Notes under the pieces: model-generated
Seen by the model: only the letters and a program-made list of their open reading frames with translations
Told to the model about the DNA's origin: nothing
The model's database searches: none
Shown: one piece after another, positions 23,721-38,486 of the stretch
Layout: each line of letters starts with the position of its first letter
How positions within the stretch are numbered: the stretch's first letter is position 1
Made by a program: the position numbers and the translations under genes
NCBI RefSeq assembly: GCF_028641065.1
Contig: NC_073387.1
Span: forward strand, 22,692,001 to 22,756,000
Reading direction: 5' to 3'
DNA from: Leucoraja erinacea
Taxonomy: Eukaryota
Length of the DNA: 64,000 nucleotides

Positions 23721-26686
23721 TCCTCCCATGGCCACAGATACTTGTACCAAAGATCCTATAGCAAGGATCTTGCTGTAGGATCTTTGGCTTGTACCTCACC
23801 CCACATCCATTTTATCCAAGCCTTTCATTATTTGGGACGTTTCAAATAAATCCCTCCTCATCCCCCACCTCATTTGAGTCCACAATGACCAGCAATCACC
23901 CATACACTAGTTCAATCCTACACAATAGGGGCAATTTACAGAGGCCAATTAAACTAACTCACGCATCTTTGGGATTTGAGTGGAAACCAGAGCATCCGGA
24001 GAACACCCATGCTGTCTCAGGGTGAATGCAAGCTCCATACAGTCAGCACCCGAGGTCAGGATTGAACCTGGGTCTCTGGTGCTGTGAATCAGCAACTCTA
24101 GCATTGCGCCACTATGCCATGCTGCATGTACAGTCCATGCATAAGCTAAGGTATATCCCACCTCCACCCCATTGCGGGCATTGAACTTTGTCCATGGAAC
24201 TGCTATACATGACAATAATAAACTTAAACCAAAACCTAACGGTCTTCAAATTCTGTTCCGGAAAGAAAGATTTCTTGCGCACATTGGCGCCGAGAGAAAA
24301 ATCTCCAACCTTTGAGACAAAGCATCACCGAATTGATGAAACCATCCTTCGGGAGCGGAAAAACTGCAAATGGAAGGAAGCAAAGTCTGGGGACAAAAGG
24401 CAAGGAAGGATTGGGCAGTGAGAACAAGTGGATAAAAACAGATAAATTGAAACACTATTTATAATTTAACGCCATTTTCTTTCCATTGAATAACAATTCC
24501 CAGCTTGATAAAATATTCATTGTAAAGTTGCAGTAGCTGGATAGGCCAGGTTTTAATTATTAATTGGTTGGGTAAGGACTAAGTGGATTAAATGATACTT
24601 TGCAGAACAACAGTGCCACAAACCAGTGAACACAGGATTATTGAATATCGCTCGGGTTGTTTGCATCGAGGTTTTCAGTCCCAAATTGATGCAGAGTAAA
24701 GGTAAGAATCTTTTGGTCAAAGAGCTAAGTTTGCAAGAGGTAATTTGATTGAATTTAATTTAGTTTGAGTTTAGTTTTGAGTTTTTAGTTTTTGAGTTTG
24801 GTTTTAGTTTTTTGTGTTTAGTTTCAGTTTTGAGTTTGGTTTCGATTAACTTGGTTTAGTTTAGTTTAGAGATACAGCGCGGAAACAGGCCTTTTGGCCC
24901 ACCAAGTCCACGTCGTCCAGCGATCTCCATACACCAACACTATCCTACACACTAGGGACAATTTATCAAAGCCAATTAACCTACAAACCTGCAAGTCTTT
25001 GGAATGTGGAAGGAAATCGGAGCACTCGGTGTGTCCAAAACCGGTCACCTCAACAAGGAACTTTTATTGCATTTTAGTTTAGTTTATAGTTTGTCACATG
25101 TACCGAGTTACAGTGAAATGCTTTTTTGTTGCATGCTATCCAGTCAACGGAAAGATTATGCATGACTACAATCAAGTCGTTCTTAGTGTACAGCTGCAGG
25201 ATAAAAGGAATAATGTTTATTGCAATATATAGTCCAGTAAAGTCAGATTAAAGATAGTTGGAGGGGCTCCAATGATCGGAGTGAGACTAGTCCTTGATTA
25301 TGCTGGTGACCTTGCCGAGGCAGTGTGAAGTGTAGATGGAGTCAATGGAAGGACGTGATTTGTGTGATGGCCTGTGCTGCACCCACAACTCCCTGATGCC
25401 CCAGTGGTACACCGAGTCCATGCCGACCTGCAATCACCCCGTACACTAGTTCTATCCTACACACTGGGGACAATTTGCAGAGGCCAATTAATCTGAAAAC
25501 CTGAGATAGACACAAAATGTTGGAGTAACCAGCAGGTTATTGAGTTGAATTGAATTGAATTTATTTGTCACTCAAAAAAGAAGATTTGAACGAAATGTCG
25601 TTTCCATACGGTAATAAAAAATAAAAAACAAACAAACACACAATTGCATAAATTTAACATAAACATCCATCACAGTGACTTTCCGTCAGGCACCTCCTCA
25701 CTGTGATGGAAGGTAAAAAAAAGTATTTTTTCTTCCTTGCTTCTTCTCCCACGGTGAGGCAGTCAAACAGTCAAGGTGATCGAAGTTCCTGATATTGAAG
25801 CCCCCACCGGGCGATGGAAGATCCCGCAGCCGAGCCACGCCGTTGGATGAAAGGTCCTGCGAACGGGCGATTCGAGGCGGACGAAGCTGCTGTGGCTGGA
25901 GCTCCCGAAAATTCAGTTGCCAACCAGGGACCTGCGAGCTCCCAGATCACAGACCACAGGGCCCGTGGCCGAAGCCTCCGAAAGTCGAGTCACAGCCGCA
26001 ATCGCAGCGCCACCACAGCCTCTGAAAATCAGCCAGATCCCTGAGTCCACAGGCTCTGCGAACGGAACCCTCAAGGTCGATCCCAGCTGGAGGTTGCCCA
26101 GCCCCTCGATGTTAGGCCGCAGCGCGAACGGAGATATGACACGGGAGAAAAGTCACATCGCCGTTGAAGAAAGAGATTTTAAAAAAGTTCCCCCCACATA
26201 ATACACAACTAATAATAGACTATTACATACATCTAACATTAACGAAAAGACAAAGAAGGGAAAGAGACAGACAGACTGCAGGCGAGCTGCAGACGCAGCG
26301 CTGCCACAGTTAGGCAGCATCTCGGGAGAAGAAGAATAGGTGATGTTTTGGGTCGAAATCCTTCTTCAGAACCCTTCTCCAGAGATGCTGCCTGACCCAC
26401 TGAGTTACTCTCGCATTTTGTGTCTATCTTCAGTGTAAACCAGCATCTACAGTTCCTTCCCACACTTTTAACCGACAAACACGCACATCTTTGGAAAGTC
26501 TTGTTTTATTTCTAATTTATTTTTATTTATGTATCATTTTTTTATTTGTTTTATTTTGTTATCTATTGAGTACTGTGTATATAGATGTGTTGTGCAAGAA
26601 AGAATTTCATTGTTCTGTTTTGATTAAATGCTCTTGACTCCTGATTGTCAAATGGAATTTCCAGCTGCTTGTGCTTTTGGCTTTAG

Positions 26687-26738
26687 ATGACAGAAGAGGC
26701 TGCAGTGCGAGTAGCAGTGGGAATCAAGCAGACGCCAG
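26687..26738 (+). CDS. Kinesin-like gene exon 1 (MTEEAAVRVAVGIKQTP)
   Basis: ctttag acceptor directly before ATG (implies an upstream UTR exon); resembles kinesin beta-1 VRVAVRIRP; GTGAG donor. Confidence 0.75.
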
Positions 26739-29700
26739 GTGAGGACTATGAGATGGACCCTTCCCTTCTTACAAGCCAGCTCACACTGTGCCGTGTGTTT
26801 CGATGTTATCATATCTGTGTGTGTGTATCTGTGTTAGTGTATCTGTAAGTGTGTGTCTGTGTGTTTAGTTTGGCTATACTGTGTGGAAATAGGCCCTTCA
26901 GCCCACCGAGTCCATGCCGACCAGCGATCACCCCTCACACTAGCACTATCCTACAAGAGCGGAACTCGCTATCAAAACATGGAGGGGACGGGGGACACAA
27001 TTTTTTGGCGGCCACGCGCATGCACACACTCACACACACGCGAGGCTTCAGAGGCTCAATCCAGCGCTAAAAACTGAGATTTTAAAATCCGGATCACAAA
27101 AACTTGGGGGGGATGTCCCCCACCTCTCAAAACATGGGGGGGGCGTGTCCCCTCTGGCCCCCCCGGGTTTTCCGCCCCTGCTATCCTGCACACTGGGGAC
27201 AATTTACAGAAACCAATTAACCTATAAATCCACATGTCTTTGGAATGGGGGAGGACACAGGAGCACCCGGGGGAAAATCCCACACAGTCACAGGGAGAAC
27301 GTACAAAGTCCACACACACAGCACCCGTAGTCAGGATGACAGGATCGATCCCTGATCTCTGGCGCTGTGAGGCAACAAATATACCGCTGCGCCTATGTGT
27401 GTGCCTACACCTGCGTGTGTCTGTTTGTGTGGTTATGTCTGTGTCTGTGTGTGTCTGTATCCATGTGTGTAGAAATCTCTCTGTCTGTGTGTGTGTTTGT
27501 ATGTGTAGAGGCCTGTACACCTGTACGTCTTTGGGTTGTGGGAGGAAACCCACGCAGTACAAACCTCACACAGACAGCACCAGGATTGAGGATCAAGATC
27601 AACTTCATCAAGTTCACCACCAATTTCTATCCTGCACTCAAATTCACTTGGACTCCGACCCATCCCTCCCCTTTCTTGATCTCACAGTCTCCATCACAGA
27701 CAATCGACTGACATCTATTACAAACCCACTGACTCCCACAACTATCTCTACAACAGTTCTTCCCACCCTGTTTCCTGCAAAGACTCTATCCACTGCTACT
27801 AATTCCTCCATCTATGCCGCATCTGCGGCCAAGATGAGGTGTTCCATACCATATACATCCTAGGTGTCCTCATTCTTTAGGGAACGGCGTTCCCATCATA
27901 GATGAGACCCTCACTCGTGTCTCCTTGGTACCCGGCAGCTCCGCCCTTGCTCCCCCTCCCTCTAGTTGCAACAGAGACAGAGTTCCCCTAGTCCTTACCT
28001 TTCACCCCATCAGCCGTCGCATACAACCCATAATCCTCCGACATTTTTGCAACCTCCAACGGGATCCCACCTCTAGTCACATCTTCCCATTTCCACTGCA
28101 ATCCGCAGAGACCGTTCCCTCCGCAACTCCCTGGTTTCCCACCCAAACCACCCCCTCCCCAGGTACCATCCCATGCAACTGCAGAAGATGCAACACCTGT
28201 CCCAATACCTCCTCCCTCGGCTCTGTTCGAGGACCCCGACAGTTCTTTCAGGTTGGGCAGACATTCACTTGCACCTCCTCCAACCTCATCTACTGTATCT
28301 GTTGTTCAAGATGTGGACTCTTATACATCGGCGAGGCCAAATGTAGACTGAACTCCTTCGCTCAGCCTGCCCGAATCAACCTGATCTCCCGGTTGCTGAA
28401 CACTTTAATTCTCCTTCCCATTCTCACACTGACCTCTCTGTCCTGGGTCTCCTCCATTGTCAGAGTGAGGCTAAACGCAAATTAGAGGAACAGCATCTCA
28501 AATTTCACTTGGGCAGCTTGCAGCCCAGTGATATGAATATTGATTTCTCTAACTTCAAGTAACAAGATACAAGATACAATTTATTTGTCATTTTTTTATT
28601 TGTCATTTATTTGTCACAACCCAGCATTCCCTCTCTCTCCATCCCTCCCCCACCCAAGTTGCACCAGCTTCTTGGTTTCACTCAACAAACAGTTAACAAT
28701 GGCCTGTTACCCTTATCATCGTTACATTTTTCATTTATTGGTCAATATCCCACAACATCATTGTCTATATCTCTTGTTTCCCTTTCGCTGAGTCTGAAGA
28801 AGGGTCTCGACCCGAAACGTCACCCATTCCTTCACTCCAGAGATACTGCCTGTCACGCTGCACTACTGCTGCATTTTTTGTCTATCATCAGGATGGAACC
28901 CGGGTCTCTGGCGCTGTGAGGCAGCAACTCTACGTCCACGCCATCGTGCCGCTCGCTACGTTCACTGTGCGTTTGTACATGTGACAATAATGCGACCATG
29001 TGACCATTGACATAGGACCAGTGTAGATGGAGCATCTTGGTCAACGTGGACAAGTTGGGCCGAAGCTCGTGTTTCCATCCTCTATGACTCTATAACTAGC
29101 ACTGTAGTTGATTAGGTACAATCATTAACTAGGAGATTAGTTTAACTTGGCATCAGGTCCACCACAGGCATTGTGGGCTGAAGGGCCTGTTCCTCTACTG
29201 TACGGATCTATGTTCAAAATGATTGGAACACCACTTCCATTTGCCGCCAATGTTTTTTTCTGGATTTGCAGATGAGGAAGATGGAGGAATAACATCTGTG
29301 ACCGTCAAAGATTTACAAAGTTCAACTGTTTTGGAGCTGAATGCGGGAGGAAAGGTCAGTCAAAGAAAGTCCAGGAATGGACAAGATTTGTGTTTAAATC
29401 TTCGTGAAATGCTCAGTGTCCTTTGACTATTCCTAGATTGTCTTTCATTCATTTCATACGTTTAGTTTAGAGATAAAGCGTGGAAACAGGCGATGTGGTT
29501 TAGTTTGGTTTATTGTCACCTATATCGAGGTACAGTGAAAAGCTTTTTAATTGCGAGCTATGCAGCCAGCAACAAGATAATATATGATTATAATCAAGCT
29601 GTCCAAAGTGTACAGATACAGGACGATGGGAATAACGTTTAGTGAAAGATAAAGTCCAATTAAAGATAGGCCGAGGATCTCGAATGAGGTAGATGGGAGG

Positions 29701-32700
29701 TCATGACCACTCTCTCGTTGGTTCAGTTGTCAGTTGACAGCTGGAAGAAACCGTCCTTGAATCTGGAGGACGACAAAAATGATGGAGAAACGCAGCGGGT
29801 GTGGCAGCATCTATGGAGCGAAGGAATAGGTGACGTTTCGGGTCGAGACCCTTCCTCAGGCTGATGTGGGGGTGGGGGGACGGGAAGAAGCAAGGAAGAG
29901 GCGGAGAAAGCAAGGACTACCTGAACATTGACTTCCCCAATTTCAGGTAGTCCTTGCTTTCTCCCTCCTTCCCGTCACCTTCCCAGCTCTCCCACAGCCC
30001 ACTGTCTCCGCCTCTTCCTTTCTTCTTCCCTCCCCCCTCCCCCACCCCCACATCAGTCTGAAGAAGGGTCTCAACCTGAAACGTCACATATTCCTTTACT
30101 CCATAGATGCTGCCTCACCCGCTGAGTTTCTCCAGCATTTTTGTCTACATTCGATTTTTCCAGCATCTGCAGTTCTTTCTTAAACATTGAATCTGGAGTC
30201 GTCCGTTCTCACATTTCTGTACCTCTTGCCTGATGGGAGAGGGGAGAAGAGGGAGTGACAGGGGTGAGATTGGTCCTTGATAATGCTGGTGGCCTTGCTG
30301 AGGCAGGGTGATGTATAGATGGAGTCAATAGAAGGGAGGTTGGTTTGTGTGATGGTCTGGACTGCGTCCACAACTCTCTGCGATATATCGCAGTCTTGGA
30401 TGGAGCTGTTCCCAAACCATACTGTGTAGCATCCTGATAAAATGCTTCCTACCTGTAGAGGTTGGTGAGAGTTGGTGGGGACATGCCGAACGTCCAAAGC
30501 CTTCTAAGTAAATAGAGGCATTGTTGTGCTTTCTAGGCCTTGGACCCAGTCAGTAAATTCTGGGCTGTTGTCACCACGGCAGGAGTCTGGGGTATGTCTG
30601 CCCCACCAAACTTGCCAGTGAGTAGTGAAAGCATTGAGCTTGTTGGAATGCCCAAGTGTCCACACTCACCACCTCCCCTCTCCACAGGACTACACTTACA
30701 CGTATGATTGCGTCTTCAAGCAGGATGGGAACCAGGTGAGGATTGTGGGATCGCACATCCTACTGAGACCGAGTGTGGATGGGTGATCGATCAACATGGA
30801 TTCAGTTGGCCGACGGGCAGCACAGTGGTGCAGCTGATAGAGTTACTGCCCCATGGCACCAGACACCTGGGTTTGCTCCTGCTCTCGGGTGCTCTCTGTG
30901 TGCAGTTTGCACGTTCTCCCTATAACTGCATGTGCATGCGTGTGTGTCTGTGTATCCCGTATGTTGCAAACCATACTTGGCTAATAAAGTATGATTATGA
31001 TCTGCATGTGTATCTGTGTGTGTCTGTGTCTGCCTGTGTCCGTGTATGTGTGTATATATATATGTGCGTGTGAGTGCATTCAATTATATGTGTGAAAAAT
31101 ATAAAAGTACTCCAGCACATTGTGCCTCTCCTAGCTTTCTATCCTCCCCCCACCTCCCCCACCTCCCAACCATTAACAGTCTGAAGAAGGGGCCTAACCT
31201 GAAATGAAGCAGTGGGTGGAACTGTGGTGCAGCATTAGAGTTGCTGCCGTACAGTGCCAGAGACCCGAGTTTGATCCTGACTACTTGTTCTGTCTGTGCA
31301 CAATTTGTACGTTCTCCCTGTGACCAGATTAGTTTTCTCTGGGTGCTCTGCTTTCCTCCCACACTCTGAAGATGTACTGGTTTGTAAGTTAATTGGCTTC
31401 TGTAAATTGTCCCTAGTGTGTGTAGGATAGTGCTGGTGCTTGTGATTGCTGGTTGCTGTGGATTGGGTGGGCCAAAGGGCCTGTTTCTATGCCATATAGC
31501 TAAAGTCTAAAGTCGCCAATCCAAGTTTTCCAGCGATGCTGCCTGACCCACAAAGTTACTCCAGCACTGTGTCCTTTTATGTAAACCAGCATCTGCAGTT
31601 CCAGTTTCAACCTTTATATGCGTGCATGTGTCTGTATGTGCGCGCGTGCGTGCATGTGTCTATGTGTGCATGTGTCTGTGTACATGTGTGTGTGCATGCA
31701 TGTGTCTATGTGTGCGCGTGCGGGCGGGCATGTGTCTGTGTGGGTGCATGCACGTGTATGGGCACGTGTGCGCGTGCAGTGTGTGTGTGTGTGCCTGTGC
31801 TTACTCCACACGGCTGACAAGAGCACATGATGCTCTCATGATGCTTATTTTACTGGCATTAGGATGGAGTGTACACAGCGCTGGTGAAGCCTATGTTGTC
31901 CAGAGTGATGCGGGGGTTCAACGTGTCGCTGGTTGTGTCGGGTACACACGCATCTGGCAAGAGAATGCTGCTGGAGGGGGAGCGGAGAGAGGACGGCATT
32001 GTGTACAAGGTAAGGACCCCACATCTGGGGCACAGCATGGTAATGATGCCACCTGTAATGTGCCACCAAACCTGACCCCAAGCGCAGTGTTACACTGTCG
32101 GCGGTCCATGTTACATTTTGCCCAACTCGCTTTCTTTCCATGAGTGTTAAAGAACCAGTGAGACAGGAACGTAAAAGGAAAAAACCTTTTACTGTTTAAA
32201 ACCTAACACCCTAACCTGTGGTTATTAGTGATAATTCTAATTACAGTCTAGTTGGTGTAGGTTATTGTCATGTGTACCCAAGTACAGTGAAAAGCTTTTG
32301 TTGCATACCAACCAGTCAGTGGAAAGACTGTACATAATTGCAATCAAACCATGCACAGTGTACAGATACATGATAAAGGGAATGACATTTATTGCAAGGT
32401 AAAGTCCGATTAAAATAGTCTGAGGTAGATAGTAGCTCAGGACTGCTCTCTAATTGGTGATAGGATGGTTCAGTTGCCTGATAACTGGTGACAAAGGGAA
32501 AAACCTTACGATCAAAACTCTATCAACCTACGCTGTGGTTATGGGCCATAACTCCTATTACAGTTTATTTTAGAGATACAGTGTGGAAACAGGGCCTTTG
32601 GCCCATCAAGTCCGCACCGACTAGTGATCGCCCCGTATCCTACGCATTAGGGACAATTCTGCAATTTACAAAGCCAATTATCCTACATACCCGCACGTCT

Positions 32701-35700
32701 TTTGGAATGTGGGAAGAATCCGGAGCACCCGGAGGAAACCCACGCGGTTACTAGGAGATTGTACAAACCCTGTACACTCAGCATCTTTAGTCAGGAATGG
32801 CCCCGAGCGTCTGGTGCTGCAAGGTTGCAACTGTGCTGCTGTGCCACCCTGGTTCTAATTAAAGTATAGTTTAGTTTTGAAATACAGCATGGAAACAGGC
32901 CCTTCGGCCCACCCTGTCCACGCTGGCCAGCAATGACCTGTTCACACTAGTTCTATTTTATCCCACTTTCTCGTCCACTTTCTATCACTTGGGCCAATTT
33001 ACAGCGGAACAATGAACCTACAAACCCGCACGCCTTTGGGATGTGGGATGAAACCAGAGTACCAGGACTAAGCCAGAGCACGTGGTCACAGGGAGGACAT
33101 GCAAAACCACGCATGTAGCAACAGAGGTCAGGAACAAACCAGGGTCTCAGACACTGAACTGTCCTCTCACCTAGAGAGCGGTCCTGCCCTATCATCTACC
33201 CCATTGAAGACCCTTGGACTGTCTTTAATTGATCTTTACTGGACTTTATCTTGCACAATGTTTAAGAAAGAACTGCAATTGCTAGAAAAATCGAATGTAG
33301 ACCAAAAATGCTGGAGAAATACAGCGGGTGAGGCAGCATCTATGAAGAGAAGGAATAGGCGACATTTCGGGTCAAGACTCTTCTTCAGACTGATGTTGGG
33401 GTGGGGGGGCAGGAAAAAGAAAGGAAGAGGCGGAGACAGTAGGCTTTGTGGGACAGCTGGGAAGGAGAAACGTTATTCCTTTATCCTGTATCTGTACACT
33501 GGATTGTAATCCTGTACAGTCTTTTTGCTGACTGGTTAGTACGCAACAAAAAGCTTTTCACTTACCTCGGTGGACGTTACATTAAACTAAACTAAAACAT
33601 GAATAAACTCCTAATTTTTAATAAAAACCCCAATAACCCTTTATTCTCTGCAGATGTTGAAGGACTTGTTCACAGAGCTAAAATCGGAGAAAAATGGTCG
33701 TAAACAGCTCATCACACTCTCCGATATTCAGGTGAAGTGATTTGGATTTCAGTAAAATCCGACTAATTTATTCACTGGCAAAACACAATCCTAACCAATC
33801 CCCAAGAGTATGGTAGTATATTAGACTGTGAGCCACCGTGAAACGCTTTGTTTTGCATGCTATCCCAATACATCAGATAATACCACACATAAATACAATC
33901 AAGTCAAGCTCAAGTCTATAGGTAGAGCAAAGGGAAAGGTACAGAGTGCAGAATATAGTTCTCAGCATTGTTGAGAATATAATTCTCAGCATCAGTTCCA
34001 GAGACAAAGTCTAATGTCTGCAGCACGAGAGTCCCGGGGTTCGATCCTGACTATGGTTGCTGTCTGTATGGAATTTGTACGTTCTCCCTGTGACCACGTG
34101 GATTTTCCCTGAGTGCTCTGGTTTCTTCCCACACTCCTTGAACGTGCAGGTTTGTAGGTTAATTGGCTTCTGTAAATTGTCCCTAGTGTGTAGGATAGTG
34201 CTGGTGTGCGGGGAGATGGCTTTTTGGCGCTGACTTGGTGAGCGGAAGGGCCTGTTTCCGCGCTGTATCTCTAAACTAAACTAAAAAAAGTCAACCAAAA
34301 CTGCCTAAAATTGTAGAATTTGATGAAAATTAGTTGATTTTCAACAAGGCCACCAATTCACCAGTTTATGATTCTTCAGTTTCACCACGACGGTTCTACT
34401 GTGGATCTGCTGAACCCACATGGCAGGGAGATACAGTCCCTGCAACACTCGCTCCTGGGGCCGTAAGTGGGATCTCCCTGTGCATCAGACTGTTGTATGT
34501 GTGCTGGGTGACTTCCATTGGAGGTCTTGTTTGTGACTCTGTGTATGTCGGAGAGACATTGGCATGCCTTGTATGTCATGCATGTTACACTCTGCATGGC
34601 TGGAGAGTGCATCTGTGTTGTGTGTTTAAACGTCATCGTGAGTGTCTGGGATCTGGGTTCTGGCACCCACCCCTCTCTTTGTATAAAACTTGCCCTGTAC
34701 ATCTCCTTTAAGTCTCAAGATGATGCACAATAGAACATGTTAACTGTGAACATGGTGGGCCGAAGGGCCTATTTTCACACTATATCTCTAAAACTAAACT
34801 AAATCTAAACTTAGACTGAAGAAGTGTCCAGACCCAAAATGTCATCTATCCATGTTCTCCAGAGATACTGCTTGACCCTATGAGTTACTTCAGAATGTTG
34901 TGTCTATCGCTGGTATAAACCAGCATCTGCAGTTCATTTTTATTGCATCTCCTTTAAACTTCGCCCCACCCACCTTAAAGCTATGCCCTCATGTCTTTGA
35001 TATTTCCACCCATGGAAAAAGGTTCAGGCTGTCTCCCTTATCTATGCTTCTCATAATTTTATATACTTCTATCACCCTTCAATATCCTGAACTTTTTTCC
35101 TCATTATTATATTGATATTTATATTCATATAAATTGTATATATTTTATATTTATATTTTATATAAATATATATTTATACTATATTATGTTTACATTTATT
35201 ATATTAATAGATACATATATAAACATATGTACATGCATATATGCGCACATACATACAAATAGAAACAAACCTACAGTAATAGTGCAAAAAGACAAAACCA
35301 ATGTCCACAAGTCTATGTAGTTCAGAGCTTATTTGGAGGTTGTATTGTTTAATAGCCTGATGGCTGTAGAGAAGAATCTGCCCCTGAACCTGGACATTAC
35401 AGTTTTCAGGCTCATCTATCTTACAGGGTCATGACAGAGCTGAGTGAGATAGTTGTATCTGGTTTTGAAGATGCGTGGAACTTGTACCATGACGGGACAA
35501 AGGCCCAGAAGCTCGGAGGAACACCCCTGGACAGGTAAGAGCTTTGTCTCTGTTGCTACTTAAATTCAACTGAATCACAACTGCGCAATCTACAATCAGA
35601 TCATTTTGCCTCCGAGAATGAACGCACTGCATTGGTATAAGGGGTGGTCATTGATACCATCAAGCCAAACTTAAGTACAATATGTAGAGCAAGGGAAGAT

Positions 35701-38452
35701 ACAGAGTGCAGAATATAGTTCTCAGCATTGTAGCGCATCAGTTCCATAGACAAATTTCAATGTGCGCAATAGGGTAGATGTGAATTGGACAGTGTCTTAG
35801 CTTATAGATGGACCTTTCAGAAGCCTTATAACAGAGGGGATGAAGCTGTTCCTGAGTCTGGTGGAAGCTAACTTTGCAGTATGGGAAGAGACTGTGTCCT
35901 CTGTGGAGATAAAACTGTATGAAGTATGGGATTCACTTTGCATAGAGGCATGCAGGATGGAAACAGACCCTTTGGCCCAACTTGCCCATGCTGACCAAGA
36001 TGACCCATCTACTCTTGTCCCACCTGCCAGCGTTTGGCTCATATCCCCTCTAAGCATTTCCTATCCATGTACTTGTCCAAGTGACTTTTGTTATAGTACC
36101 TGCCTGGGCTGAGAGGGAAAGATAGAATGGCATGGTAGTTTTGATGGGCTGAATGGCCTAATTCTGCTGCAATGTCCTCTGACCTATTATGGTCATGCTG
36201 GTTTACCTTGGTACACATGACAATAATAAACTAAACTAAACAATCTAGAAGGCATGAGAATAGGATTGAGAGGGAAAGATAGATCAGCCGTGATTGAATG
36301 GTGGAAGGGACTCGATGAGCCGAATGGCCTAATTCTGCTTCTATGACTTAAGTAGGCTGCCAGGACTGAGCTGTAATAAATCTGGGGTACACAAAAATGC
36401 TGGAGAAACTCAGCGGGTGCAGCAGCATGTATGGAGCGAAGGAAATGGGTGACGTTTCGGGCCCAAACTCTTCTTCAGACTAATAAATATGGGGCAGGTT
36501 TCACTTGGATGGGCAAGTTGAGTTTCAGCTGAGGTGAAGTTGAAGTTTGTTTCTGATCCTTCGTGCATCAGGTGTAGCACAGTTATGCTGGAGTGGGAGG
36601 AGACCGCCTCCACCTGCGTTCGTTCTCTCCTTCGCATCTTCGCCCTCTCGTGCGGTCCACAGGGAGACGTGGAGAATGGGTAAGTCTGCAAACCATCTCG
36701 CTGACTGTCGCCCAAGCTTTGCCAACTTTCATATGTTTATGTGCAAGTCCTGAATGCTCACAACTCCGGTCATTCCTTTTTCTCCCATGCCCGTCCGACA
36801 GAAGGTACAGCAGCTTGAAAGCGTTCACCACCAGACTCGGGAACAACTTCTTCCACCTCTGTTATCAGGCTTCTCAACGGTCCTTCCATAAGCTTTTGTA
36901 CTGTGGATTCATCTCATTATATTTATTGTTTTGTTTAGTTTCATTTAGTTTGGTTTAGTTTACCCTGTGACCAAATGGGTTTCCTCCAAGCCGGGTGCTC
37001 CGGCTTTCTTGCATATCCCAAAGACGTGTGGGTTTTATAGGTTAAATTACCCTCTGTAGATATTGCCCCCTCGTGTGTACAGAGTGGCTGAGGAAGTGGG
37101 ATAACATAGCACAAGTGTGAGCGGGTGATCGATGTTCGGCATGGGTAATCGGTGGGGCCTGTTTCCATGCTGTATCTCTAAACTAAAAGTAAATGCTGAG
37201 AACTATATTCTGCACTCTGTATCTTCCCCATTTGCTCTAACTGTTGTACTTAAGTTTGACTTAATGGTATTTATGTATACTATTATCTGATTTGATTGGA
37301 AAGCATGCAAAACAAAGCTTTTCACTGTACCTCGATACACATGACCATAATAAACCTAAGCCTGCCCATAATTGGTTCTCAGTTGGATGTTTAGTTTGGG
37401 CTAGGTTTAAAGCATGAAAGATCATCATGGTTTTTGGGATGAAGCTATTCATTCTTGACTCTCGAGGCAGCTGGTAATGGAAGGTCCAGAATAGCTGGAA
37501 AACTGAAGTACCACTGCCTGATTTCCATCATCACCTCACAGTCTCTGGGTCACCTTTCCCCTCTCCACTTAAACCTATGCCTTCTGGTTTTTGATTCCTT
37601 ATAAGAGTCACAGAGTCATACAGAAACAGGCCCTTCAGCCCAAGTTGCCCATGCAGAACAAGATGCTCACCTTTGACCCATATCCCTCCAAACCTTTCCT
37701 ATCCATGTACGTCCAAATGTATTTTACATATCTGCCTCAAATACCTCCACTGGCAGCTCGTTCCATATTCCCACGACGCTCTGTGTGAAAAGGTTGCCCT
37801 TCAGATTTCTATTAAATCTTTCCCCTCTCTCCTTAAACCTATATCCTCTGGTTCTTGATTCCCCTATCCTGAATGAAGGTTTGTGCATTCACCGTACCTA
37901 TTCCCCTCATGATCTTCTACACCTCTATAAGATCACCTCTCATCAATTCTGCGTTCCAAGGAATAAAGTCCTCGCTTGCTCAACGTCTTCCTGTAGCTCA
38001 GACCTTTGAGTCCTGGCAACATCCTTGTAAATCTTCCCTGCATTCTTTCCAGCTTAATAACACGATCCACCATCAATTTTCCGGCCACTGCTGCTCCGGC
38101 ACTTCCATTAATCCGGACAAAATTACGAGAGCGCACCTGAATTCCCCCCGGAAGTCCCCCTGAAAATGCAGCACCTAGGCCTGGTGAGGCGACCGATATC
38201 GACCTCATCGGGACTTCTGCGGCCGATCGGCGGGTTGAATTTGTCCCCTGTGGCCGGGGCTCTGGAACTCCAGGATGGCTGGAGCCGGCGGATCCGTTCC
38301 CACAGCCGACTTCTTGGTCCGGCAAAGCCGATAATTTAGAAAGGCTCTGGAATGAAGGGTGCCGGAAAATTGGTGGTGGATGTGTTCTCCAAGTGTGGCC
38401 TTGCCAGCGTCTTGTACAGCTGTAGCATTAAAAATGTGAACACTGTGTGTGT

Positions 38453-38486
<34 letters not shown>

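Noticed and set aside
23260-23761. Several 130-150-aa ORFs in the CpG island
   Set aside because: GC-rich open frames; only 23467-23548 is supported as coding (TMCO6 exon 1)
27056-27863. Long His/Thr- or Cys/Val-rich ORFs (also 31614-32143)
   Set aside because: Translations of (TG)n-like tracts and SINE/Penelope pieces
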